A stretch of 64,000 bases of DNA from Macrostomum lignano. Lineage: Eukaryota. The stretch covers positions 170,754 to 234,753 of the forward strand of contig NIVC01001809.1 of NCBI GenBank assembly GCA_002269645.1, read 5' to 3'. The position numbers were made by a program, and so were the translations under genes. Each line of letters starts with the position of its first letter. Positions within the stretch are counted from its first letter, which is position 1. Positions 53,278 to 64,000 of this stretch are shown piece after piece. The notes beneath the pieces were generated by a model, which was not told the DNA's origin, ran no database searches, and saw only the letters and a program-made list of their open reading frames with translations.

Positions 53278-53805
53278 TCTTGTCCATCCGCCACTAACTG
53301 GACTTGTCCATCAGACACTAACTGGACTTGTCCATCGATCAGACACTAATTGGACTTGTCCATTAAACACTAATTGGACTTGTCCATCGATCAGACACTA
53401 ATTGGACTTGTCCATCGATCAGACACTAACTAGACTTGTCCATCAGACACTAACTGGACTTGTCCATCAGACACTAACTAGACTTGTCCATTAGACACTA
53501 ACTGGACTTGTCCATCCGCCACTAACTGGACTTGTCCATCAGACACTAACTGGACTTGTCCATCGATCAGACACTAATTGGACTTGTCCATCGATCAGAC
53601 ACTAATTGGACTTGTCCATTAGACACTAATTGGACTTGTCCATCGATCAGACACTAATTGGACTTGTCCATCGATCAGACACTAACTGGACTTGTCCATC
53701 AGACACTAACTAGACTTGTCCATCAGACACTAACTGGACTTGTCCATCAGACACTAACTGGACTTGTCCATCCGACACTAACTGGACTTGTCCATCAGAC
53801 GCTAA
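53278..53805. repeat. Minisatellite, 24/28-bp unit GACTTGTCCATC(GATC)AGACACTAA(C/T)TG
   Basis: About 20 copies between the two alternative first exons. Confidence 0.93.
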
Positions 53806-53917
53806 ATAAGCTTATCTATCAGACATCATAAAGGTTTTTCTATCATACACCGGCTGAACTTGACTTCTAAAAGCATGAAAAGAAATGAAAAGAAACTCCA
53901 TCTATAGAAATCCTCAC

Positions 53918-54113
53918 CTAGCAACAAGAGGCGATAAGTAGACGCGTAGTTCTTTTCCTCTTGTTTAATTCGTTTTTCGATCTGTTTGGCCTTAGACTTG
54001 GATTTTGTAGAATTTCCAAGAGAACCCCGTCGAGTGCCGTCGAAATCCGACAGGTCTAAATTGTCGCCGTTGGCTCGATTCTTGCCCAGACAGCTGACCA
54101 TGCTGGTGACCAT
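53918..54113 (-). CDS. GNAS: G protein alpha-s, distal alternative first exon (1a): MVTSMVSCLG...TYRLLLL
   Basis: KQIEKRIKQEEKNYASTYRLLLLG is homologous to the Gs alphaN/beta1 region; phase-1 donor G|gtgagg fits exon 2. Gives a 400-aa protein. Confidence 0.82.
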
Positions 54114-55099
54114 AAGACTATGGCACTGGGAAATTCACTCTCTCTCTGCTTCTTACTTCTAGCACAAGCCGCTGAAGATTGCATGCATCGTTTTCAGTTC
54201 TCGCTATAAGATTTAGTAATATATACACTGAAAACCACGTCTGTAAAATATGAACTGGTCAAATACAAGCGCCAAACACGCTGACCCATGAATATTGTCC
54301 AATTTGACTAGAGATCTTCACTTGGGCCGACCCGTGTTTGTGCAATTTAGTGAAATTTGTGCAAACAAAACCACCGTGCGCGAAAGACGTTGTATGTATA
54401 AGTTTAAATGAACCAGAGCTAACTGCATAGGGCAACCCACTGTAAACATACTGAACAGCTATAGGGTGAAAAGCAAGATAAGTACGTAGAGAACATCTAA
54501 AGCATGCATATCGAATATTTTGTAAAAGAAGATTTAATTGAAATTGAAATTAGAATGCACAGAGACAAAAAGTTGAGTTTCAACAGTTTGAGTACAAACA
54601 AAAAATATGAGTCAGCGTAAATGCAAATCTTTAAGAGCGGTAAAGAAGCCAAAGTTTTTATTAATCTGTCGATGCTCAACCCCTTTTGTCGACCAGATAT
54701 TCTCTTGGTTTCGTATGGTATTTTAATCCCAATCTGATTCACATTGAAGATTCCAATAACGCTATGCATGATGGAACTGATCTGCAAAACCCGCCGTACC
54801 CGTACAACGTCAAAAAGAAATGTCTATCTATTGGGAGTTACTTTGAATTTCGATAACTCTTGAACAAGATGACAGACCAGCTGGAAGCGTGGCCTTGTAG
54901 AAGAGGACGCAAAAATGAGTAAATTTTCAATATGGACTTCCACCGGTCAAACGTTGAAGTCAATGAATGAACACTCATGCACTGAACTTGATTCTAAAAC
55001 TTGGCGATTGAACTAAATGAGCCGTTTTCTTTGATATTTGATTCTTACTACTTGGTTTGACAAAGTCAATAGTCAGTATGTACTGGAAAAACCCATTGG

Positions 55100-55255
55100 T
55101 TAGTCAGAGCAGCTCATCGGTAAACCCGACTGACTCTGGCGACATGACCCCTGGTTCGATTACCGTGCACGGTCCCCACATTAAGGTTCAGCAACCTTTA
55201 AGAGGCAGCACTCTAACCAGAAGAAAATCTATACTTGCTCAGAAGACTAAAAACA
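55100..55255 (+). mobile_element. Possible degenerate tRNA-derived SINE remnant
   Basis: B-box-like GGTTCGATTACC at 55153 with a weak A-box upstream. Confidence 0.3.
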
Positions 55256-55297
55256 CATAGTCTATGGTTAGGTTAATCTCCTCTTGCAAGTAACAAG

Positions 55298-55514
55298 CAT
55301 GGATGAATAATAACTGGATCGCCAGAAGCTCGATTTTTTGGTCCTAGCCATGGACAAGCACCAGCATCACAAGAAACTCTTAATAATATAATATATTATT
55401 CATTCACGGTGAAAGTACGGCATTCTGAGCTTCTTGTGATGATGCTGGTGCTTGTCTAGGGCTAGGACCAAAAAAATCGAGCTTCTGGCCATCCAGTTAT
55501 ATTATTCATCCATG
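55298..55514. mobile_element. hAT-type MITE/foldback element (217 bp)
   Basis: About 80-bp inverted arms starting CATGGATGAATAA; perfect 8-bp TSD GTAACAAG at 55290-55297 and 55515-55522. Confidence 0.88.
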
Positions 55515-56901
55515 GTAACAAGTTACTGTGTAATGTCTATGAAGCATTGGCTATTCAGATAGAGTGCCCCAGGAGAGACAATGGTTCAACAGATGACAGA
55601 CGCGCAAAGTCGGAATGTTGGGAGCATGTACTACGGCGCTAGCAGATCGACGCCTGATGAACCTACTGAAACGCTATTGCTTTCGCGTGGGACAAAATTG
55701 GATTTTTCGGTGATCTGTTCTCGAAATGCCACGTCGATCCAACAACGCCCTGTTACTTGCGACAGGAGGCTACACGGATTTCTGAAGCTCTATCACGAGT
55801 CACAAAAACGTCAGCACAAAGTTCTGTGGTTAATCGAACTAAAAAAGACGCAATGGAAAGAGAGATTAAAGTAAAAATGCACCCGATCAGTGTCAATAGT
55901 AAGGCGTATTAATCGTTTTAAACGCGTATTTCTATTTATATACGCGCTTAAAATGGCGATTTAAAAGTACGTGAATAAACTGAATAAAACTGGCGCGTAG
56001 TAAAACTTCAAAAATGTTTAAACATCCCTTTGTTTAACTCAGCTCCGGTCACGACCTAAATGTGCGTCCATTTAAAGAACATTGTGACTGGTTTTAAGGT
56101 GAATTGGCCCAATTGTAGTGATGACAAGCAAAGTTCCCTCGAAATTTGAGCGTTTCCTTTCTATTTGGTGTATTTTTTCCAGTCCAGAGATTGATTGCTC
56201 TCAACCAAAACAAAATAATGACACAATTCACAGTCAAAATTTCAATAAATTCTCTTAGCGTTAATTAAATAAAATATATTTATACTTAGAAATCTTTTGT
56301 TAGTTAGTATACGCATGTTTGCCAGAGGGTTAATGCATCTGCATGTACCTCAAACCGAAACCCATTATATAAATATCAATCATTCGCTATCACAAAAAGT
56401 ACATAAGCAGCTGAGTTGTGAATGATAAAAAAATGATTTGCATGCTAATTGGGCGGATAAGTGGAGCATATTTTACGTTGAAAAAATGTTACGCTCCCTT
56501 TCTGTCCTTCCAAGTGTTACAAATTATTAAGCCTATAACAGCGCAGAAAGCACTCACCACTCCCAAACTTTTAAAGGTTATCAAGAGAGAAATATTAAAA
56601 ACAGATGCAAGAAAATTTTGTTTGTGCTGCACTGGACAACAGTTCACGGAGTAAGTTTGTGTGCATGTTGAGCCTTGTTGCATCGCGGTTATGTTTAAAA
56701 CAAAAATAAAAACATTCTGAGATTAGTACATGTATAGCAGTAGCATATGCGGGATTATTCAGCTAAATATTCCAGAGTTTGGAGATTTCGCATCAGTGAT
56801 TTTATACCTGAAAACCAACGGACACCAGGGCTAAGGGATGAGTGCTTAAAGAGATTTCATGACAGACGCGGGAACTGCATCTGACGCTTGAAAAATTAGT
56901 C

Positions 56902-58707
56902 TCAACCTGGATGCAGATGCGGTGTCGTGCCAGCCAGCGAGGCGATGCGACTGCTTCGATGAGCGCCACGTGGACTGCCAGGCGGCGTCAGCGAGTCGTC
57001 ATCGGCAAAGGCCGACGTCTCGTCGTCCTCCTCCTCCGTGTAGATGATCTTGCCGCAGACGTAGGCAAGCACCAGAGCTGAGGCTTCGAGCAGTTCGAAA
57101 CCGGTGAGCACAGAGAAGCCGAGGAATAGTCCGAGGGTGCCTCCAATGTCGGACAAGTAGTTGTCGACTGCGTAGGAGTTTTTCTCAATCACGTGCTCCG
57201 TCATGAGGCCGTCCATGTACACCAGTAGGTTGAGCAGGTTTCTCCTAGCCAGGATTTTTGTCTCGTTCTTCAAACTGCTAATCTTCGGCTTTACGTCCAT
57301 CAGGTCGCCGAATAGTCGAGCCTCGTAGGAGTCGGTGGGCCACTCGCTCAGGGACTGTCCGTACTTGTAGGAGGACTCCTGGCACGGCAGAAGACAGCCG
57401 CAGTTAAGGTTTCCCTCCTCTCCTGAGTACTCAACGTCAATCATGCAGCTGAGCTCTTTCTCGCTTTGGCAGGGCTGCATGTGACGGACGTGATTGGCGT
57501 AGAACAGCTTGTTGGCTAGGTCGTAGCAGCCGCATTTCTGACGCACGCGATCGTGCTTGCAGCGTGCCATGCAGGCGCTGTAGGTGTACTTAATACCGTA
57601 GGTGGCATAAAACTTCTCACCGTCCTCGCAGTGATCATTCTGGTGGTCAAGTCTGGTGATCTTTTTCAGCGATACGCCGATGGAAGACTGGAATCCCGGG
57701 GGCACTGAGAACCCCGAGTACTCGGGGAAGCCCATTGACCCTGGCTCGTGCAGCTGGACCTTCACGCCCGCACTGGGGATGAAGTTCGGTAGATATTCAT
57801 CCAGCTCAAGAAACAGCGTCATGATGAGGCCGTGCTCGCGCCCGTTCTTAGCCACGGGTCGTTCGAATCCTCTGACCGACTGCCAGCCATTGAAGGTGAA
57901 GCAGTTTCCGTAGGTTTTGGTCAAACTCACGCTGAACATGTCCGGGTCGCATTTTTTACCAGCAAAGTTGCACTGCAGAATGAAGTCGCCGTGCTGGTAG
58001 CCCATGCTCAGCCGGTCTAACACGCTGATATTGCTGATAAGCTTTTCAAATTTCAGCCAGTCACTCTGCTGAGTCATCAGCTGCGTGCCGTTGTCAGCGA
58101 CAGAGTAGTTCCTCGACAGTAGGTCGCTAAAGAAACTCTGCAGGTCGCTTGGACCGTTCAATTCAACGCGCGAACGACGCAGCGGATTGTGGTTGCAGAA
58201 GGTCACGGAAGGGAAATCGAAGGGCTTGTAGGATAATTCAATTGTTGTAGACTTCGGATGGCCCAGGTAGGTTCTGGTGAGACTGTACAGCTGCCGGATC
58301 GACAGGATGAGGCAAAGGCACAGCGCTATCGCCCATAATGTTTTCAGCACCGGATGATTTCGTTTCACAATGTTACTGATCGCTAAAAGGCTGCTGTTGG
58401 ACAGCAGCGCGTCCATGAAGCCCTTGATGCTGTCCTCATAGATCTGCTTCTCCTCCTTCGTTCGACGCCGCTTTGGCAACGCGGAGGAACGCAGAGCTCC
58501 CGCGATGCCCTCAGATCTGCTCGATTTACTCGGAAGTGGTGGCGGCTTCGGCGGCTGCGGAGGAGGCAGAGGCTGCGGCAGCGGCTCCTCCTTGGTGCTG
58601 ATCGCGCCGTATCGCGTCATCCGCTGAGGCGTCTGCTCCGCAGTCGGTTCCGCTGCCGCGTCTTCCGGCTTCGGCTTTGGCTCGGCCTCAGTAGTCGAGC
58701 CGGACAT
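56902..58707 (-). CDS. DEG/ENaC (amiloride-sensitive, ASIC/FaNaC family) channel subunit, intronless, 601 aa
   Basis: TM1 LWAIALCLCLILS; FPSVTFCNHNP; YGNCFTFN; GVKVQLHEP; Cys-rich thumb YSACMARC..KCGC, CGCLLPC; WP; TM2 LSDIGGTLGLFLGFSVLTGFE (GxS filter). Confidence 0.95.
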   Translation of the reverse strand: MSGSTTEAEPKPKPEDAAAEPTAEQTPQRMTRYGAISTKEEPLPQPLPPPQPPKPPPLPSKSSRSEGIAGALRSSALPKRRRTKEEKQIYEDSIKGFMDALLSNSSLLAISNIVKRNHPVLKTLWAIALCLCLILSIRQLYSLTRTYLGHPKSTTIELSYKPFDFPSVTFCNHNPLRRSRVELNGPSDLQSFFSDLLSRNYSVADNGTQLMTQQSDWLKFEKLISNISVLDRLSMGYQHGDFILQCNFAGKKCDPDMFSVSLTKTYGNCFTFNGWQSVRGFERPVAKNGREHGLIMTLFLELDEYLPNFIPSAGVKVQLHEPGSMGFPEYSGFSVPPGFQSSIGVSLKKITRLDHQNDHCEDGEKFYATYGIKYTYSACMARCKHDRVRQKCGCYDLANKLFYANHVRHMQPCQSEKELSCMIDVEYSGEEGNLNCGCLLPCQESSYKYGQSLSEWPTDSYEARLFGDLMDVKPKISSLKNETKILARRNLLNLLVYMDGLMTEHVIEKNSYAVDNYLSDIGGTLGLFLGFSVLTGFELLEASALVLAYVCGKIIYTEEEDDETSAFADDDSLTPPGSPRGAHRSSRIASLAGTTPHLHPG

Positions 58708-59193
58708 TCTGATTAGGCCTCAGCCCTGAGCAGCCGCTGTTTGAGTTGCACGTATTGGTTTTTATAATTTGCCGTTGAAGGAACGAAGTAATTGACTGCA
58801 CACGCGGGTATACCTTGCTGACACAGTGGCTTGGATACAGAGCTAAGACGCTTTTTTATGTGTCCTTCAAAACTGGCCAATACTGCAACAATGCAGAGTG
58901 ATCAAGTGGAGAAAAGTTAGAGAGGCTTTTCCAGCTCGCGCCGGTCAGTTCAAGTGGAACCTCCTATTTCACAGCCAATAGATCCTTCGACAGAGCACTG
59001 GGGGTTGCAGAGTCACCGACCCAAGCACAAGCGCTCCGCCCACATGTACACAGCTACTCCCATTGTGTAGCTTTTGTTGGCTTAGGGAGGATTGGCCGGA
59101 GAGTGAAGGCAATGGACACACAGAGCGAAATGCCAACTAAACTAATAAGTAATTTTTGTCAGAGAGCAGGCAAAGATCGGGTGTTTGCCTGCG

Positions 59194-59199
59194 TCTGCG

Positions 59200-59230
<31 letters not shown>
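59194..59230. repeat. (CT)n microsatellite
   Basis: Read directly. Confidence 0.9.
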
Positions 59231-59254
<24 letters not shown>

Positions 59255-61961
59255 CCCCTCTCTTTCTCCACATTTTACTTGAGCACGAGTTTGGGGGGAG
59301 GGTTGCTGCACGCATGCTCTGGGGTTGAGCTCGGGTTCGATAATACGCGATTAAGACGCCAGGTGCTGGCTTTGTGTGATCCTCTGTCCCCATTCCTCCC
59401 CTGGTCTCTCCTTGCCCCGCTCACACCATTGTGTAACTGTGAGACTTCTAAGATCAGTGGATTATAGCGAAGCTTTACCCTCTATAGAGCGAAAGTCTGC
59501 TGCCCATTCTTTATAATTTCTACAAGTGCGTACACCCTAGGCAGACTGCATGCCGACCCACTTCTACAATTACAATTCTAATTGCAAAATGGAACATTTA
59601 GGGAATTTTCCCACACACTATAGAGAGCTGCAGGGAGCTCACGTGCTATGTCCAACTTGTCCATTACTTAAAATAAAAGAAAACATTGAATTTCTCAAGA
59701 AGTCAATGCCCACACAAAAACTTGACACAGAATCGCTCAGTAATCTGGGCGAAGAATCCCTCAGCTCTTCCTTCAGGTGAACCAGCGCTGCTACCCCTCC
59801 CTGACCCTTCAGGTGGGACTGCTCCTTAGGCAATGTACCAAAACGTTCAAACACTACGTGTGCAGAAACCGTTTAACGAAACCTGAAAACACGAACAGGA
59901 GCACTTTGGTAGATCGGTTTCAGGTGTACCTTCATAATTCAAAGCTGTCTCTAAAAATACGAAAAATAATTAACTTTGCTAATTTCTATCTTCTGCAATG
60001 TTTAGAAAGAGAAAATTATTAGTATTTTTTGTCCGTTTGAGTCTTACATTCGAGTATTTAAATTTATAGTTTTTTTGTTTTCATTGTTATGACATTTTAT
60101 GACATTTCATTACATTTTATTTAGTTAGCAGATTCGTAGACATTTACAATTTTCGTTATTTGTGCAATTTAAATAACTCGATTTTTGGAAGATGTTGATC
60201 ATTTGACTAGCTTGCAGTTTGAAAAGATTATTCTGTGTTCGTGAAAAGCTACGCGTAGGTGTCAGTTACAGCAACGCTCGTAGTTCTTAGATTAAGCAAT
60301 AGAGGCCGGCCCTATTTCAATTTGCCACCATAAACCCGTGCCGAGCAACTTCAGTCTACCAATGCCTAGCCCGAATTGGATTTGGTGGATAAAAAATTAC
60401 GAGTAGTTTGAGTCAGTAGCGGGGACATAATTGTGTGATAGATAAGAATTTAACAATCACCCTTCCCTTCATTCCAGATACCTGCACACTGCAGGCCAAG
60501 CGAGTTGACGTCAATCCCCAAGCGACCGAAATTATGATAATTGGGGCTTGATTGCAAGGGGTGTGCAGATCTTGCGTACGTATTGACAATTGCTTTCAAG
60601 TGCATAATTGTAATCATTGCAATTGGCTTACAATTGAATTGAAATTATCACAAAATTGTTTTGAAAAGTTAATTCAATAAGGTATTGGAATGATTTTAAC
60701 ATAGTCATGATTTTTTACAATATAACGTGCATCTAAACAACACACTTATTTATAAATAAGGCAGAATAGTGAGTTAAAATTTTCCCAAGTAAATTTACAT
60801 TTTATTCTACTATTAGTAACGATAGTAGAGTACATTTATAATTATAAAACTTGCAATTAGCTTGAGTTAATTAAGTTATTCATTTGAGTTAATTGCAAGC
60901 AGATTGCAATCAGTCACAATTCCTGCGCAATCCGGGCCTCTGGGGTTAACGCTTGGGTCAGTGTCTTAACGCTTGGGCACTATACCACCACGTTTTGCGA
61001 TGGAGACAATTTTGAGAAATGAGAAATGTATGAAATTGGGATTGAGAATTAGATTAAGTTTACTTCTTGAGCTTGTTTTAGTCTTCTGCTTAGTTTTAAT
61101 AATCTGCAAAACTACTTGTAGACAAGCGCTACAATGCTAAGGAGCCACCCGAAGGGGGGGCAAAATGGGTAGTCCATATACTAAAATCTTGTCTATAATT
61201 CCTTTTTCCTTTATTCCTTTTTTAAAGAATTTTCTTTGTTACTCAGTCGTAGACAGAAATTGCTTTCGCTTCTTTATCATTTTACCTAACGTCTCATTTT
61301 TTCATCTCCATCTTCACTAACGAGTAAAAGTTTTACACGAATAAGTACGTCAAGTTTTTGGTTCCCTCTATCCTAACTATTAGCAATTTTTTTCGTTTTA
61401 GAAAGACTGCAAAAATAGTACCGTGGATTGGAATTCAGCGGGGTTTAAATAACGCGGGTTTCAACGGAGACTTCAGTAAAGACTTAACACGATAGAAATT
61501 CTGTATTTGCGTCTTTTCAAAAACTGGATAACTAGATACTAGGCTAAACGTCAGCAGATAAAAGAAAGATTTACGATCTTTACGAAAATAAATCATAAGT
61601 ATTTAGCGGTGAACATTTCGAGACTTAAATAAAATTTTTATATTATTATGAGATTACGATCGTACTATATCGCTAGCTATTATCACGAAAAAAAGACATG
61701 CATTCTGCTTTTAAGTTAGCTATCTCTAGAAACTGATTTTTTCCTAAGACATAAGAAGTGAACTCTAAAAGAAGAACGTAACAGGTTCAAAGGTTTTAAT
61801 AGCGTTTATGGTTAATTACTATGATTGACTGAATAAAAATTTGAATTTAAACTAGAAACTTGTATTGGTTAGTCTGTTAATAAGTTCTTTGCAGATTCAG
61901 ACGTCATGTAGCTGGTAGGGCCACAAAACCTGACATTATCACTTTCAACAACCTGGCTTTT

Positions 61962-63740
61962 TCAGACCAGCTGCACCATCAGTCGGATGCTCTTCAGCGC
62001 CTCCTCAGAGTCAGCTGTGGCACCAGCCCAGTGCATGGCTGTGCGATCAACCACAGGAGAATTGCGGTAGAGAGCATTCGGATTCGATCTCGTACAGCCT
62101 CTGAACCACCAGCCAGCGCTCCCAAAGATGCTGGAACAGCTTGCGATGAAATGATCGTTGTCGCGATCCATTGTCGAAAAGGGATGTCCGTTGTTGTTGG
62201 CGAGAGAGTCGATCGATGTGTTGGAGCTACCGCTGAGGTAGGAGGCGTAGGTCATGGTGTAGTTCGTGCTGGCATTGGCCACCGTGAAGCCAGAGTACTA
62301 GCAGATGTTCAGCTCATCCGACCAGGTGACGGCTTCGACTCGCAGAAGCTTCGGCGAGCGTCAGGTTAGCTCGTGGATTTTCTGTAGACCTGAAAATATA
62401 TTTTATATTGTAGTAAGACATAGTTTTGCGCGCAATAAAATTTGCTTTTACACTACTGACAGTAGTTTCAAGCCGCAGAAATATCCAGAAAAAAGCTGCC
62501 CAAACTCTTTATAATCTTGAAAGCCTTTTCCGTAGACTCGGGGCCCTGGGTGCCTTGTTACAGGTCAAAGCGATGCCCGGGGGTATAGCTGAGGTCCCTC
62601 TCTCGGACCTGCTTTTCAAAAACTTTCTGAAAAACTCTGAAATTTTTCTTTTCAATTTTCTTTTGTGCGCATTCTCGGTTAGTACTGTTGGGGGGGGGGC
62701 GGCCCCGGGACAGTCTTAGAACTCGTCTACCTGATTCCATTTGTTGGGTCCTCGGTGTCTTCCTCAATTTGTTGAGCCCTGCAGTTGCTAGGTCCAGACA
62801 CCTAGCTCCATGCAATCCTGGTGACCCGGGCTATATGCCCCTGGTGGAATCACTGATTTAAGACGAGCTTCGCTCTCCACCCCGTTTAACAACAACAACA
62901 ACACTAATTGATCAAATAAATTCAATCAGCTTAAAAGCCCGGCTGGGGCTGATGCGCTCGAACGTATCACGATGATGATGATGATGATGAAGGCATATAA
63001 TTAGTCTTCCTCCATTTCTTGCTCTTAGAAAATTCTTAGAGTCATGTCTCAATCATCGGAGGCCCTGCATATAGCAGAGAATTACTAGGGAAAGTTCAAG
63101 TCAAAATCCTTTTGTACTGACAGTTTCTCATAATTTTGTTTGAACAATATAATTATCTTGGATTCCAGTCTCTTTTCTTTAACCGGTTATGCTAGGATTA
63201 GAGCTAGTCTAAGTAGCCTGGTTTAAGTAGCCTAAAACCGCGAGATCACGACTCCAATATGATATTTTGTCCGACCCTGAATTCTCTTCCAATGAATATT
63301 ATCATTCCCTGCTCACCGATCCAGAAGTCCGTATCGTCTCCAAAGCCAATCTCATACTCAGTCCAGCCGCGAGCAAAGCTGAGCTCGCCCTTCGATCTGT
63401 GCTGGATCACTTGGAATAATCTAGCGTTGATCTGGATTAGCTTCTCTGGAAAAAAAAACAAAGAACGGAAGCTTTCATAGTATTAGATGCCATGTCAAAT
63501 ATCATACAGACCAAAATGCTCACTGTCGGTCTTCTTTCGATAAGCAAGGCCGCTGGGAGCGACCGACGCAAAGTCCGCATTCGGTAGTTCCGAGAGCAAA
63601 CATATCTTCTTTTCAGGAACAAAAGCGAAAGCGTAACAGTATGTCATAACTAGGGGCTCGCATTTAAGCGCGATGAAGCAAGCGGGCATGTTGCAGCCAC
63701 AAGGAGTCGGTAAGTAACGGCAGGAAAAGTTTTCAACTTA
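61962..63740 (-). pseudogene. PAN-like + fibrinogen C-terminal (FReD) domain gene with two premature stops
   Basis: Exons about 63740-63524 (Cys-rich, YCYAFAF...ICLL), 63445-63317 (FQVIQHRSKGELSFARGWTEYEIGFGDDTDFWIG) and 62389-61962 (LQKIHELT*RSPKLLRVE...NIC*YSGFTV...FSTMDRDND...GWWFRGCTRSNPN...IRLMV). In-frame TGA at 62361-62363 and TAG at 62298-62300. The 5' end is unresolved. Confidence 0.8.
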
Positions 63741-64000
63741 GCCGCTTTTGTAAAGGCGTTTTTAGTTTAAAAGGTCTGCCAAGCCAGTACTAAATATAGT
63801 TTTTGCGTGAGTGAATGCGTGGAGAATCGAGGAGAGTTCCCCACTAATTAGGAGCCGACATTTCTTCTCATTAGTTAGGCACTGACAGTTTCCGTCACGG
63901 AAAGCCAATTTAAGAGACTACTAGCATGGATACAGTAGCCAAGCGTTATGTTGTTAAAGCAAACTTCTTTTAGCCCGTGGGCGTCTTTGGCTGAATACGG

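Noticed and set aside
60540-60940. Possible MITE with GGCTTGATTGC / GCAATCCGGGCC ends
   Set aside because: The inverted ends are imperfect and no convincing TSD was found.
62298-62363. Selenocysteine, read-through or a variant genetic code in the fibrinogen exon
   Set aside because: Two different stops at non-Cys positions, and other genes here use TGA/TAG/TAA as normal terminators.

Overview
Eukaryotic (metazoan) genomic DNA. GC-rich exons, minisatellite-packed introns, RNase H-bearing LOA-type LINEs and PAN/fibrinogen proteins suggest a Macrostomum-like flatworm; this is inference only. Gene models were rebuilt by hand from GT-AG junctions and phase continuity. Plus strand: two paralogous secreted PAN/apple-like genes (2.5 and 5.0 kb). 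Minus strand: an 8-exon TECPR2 orthologue (27505->9724, about 1477 aa, ending in a LIR-like DWELV*), calcineurin B (2 coding exons), a probable single-exon RFamide neuropeptide precursor (40630->40355), a G-alpha-s gene with two alternative first coding exons, an intronless DEG/ENaC channel lacking the HG motif, and a PAN+fibrinogen-domain pseudogene. Mobile DNA: a near-intact LOA/R1-group non-LTR retrotransposon (APE-RT-RNase H) in a (GACA)n array, a second LOA 3' fragment, an RTE-like fragment, three solo LTRs with 4-bp TSDs, two hAT-type MITEs with 8-bp TSDs and a tRNA-derived SINE. The most striking structure is that all seven coding introns of TECPR2, and most introns of calcineurin B and G-alpha-s, are filled by their own unrelated tandem repeat. 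Most long ORFs in the supplied track are artefacts of these repeats. No rRNA, true tRNA or CRISPR array was found.
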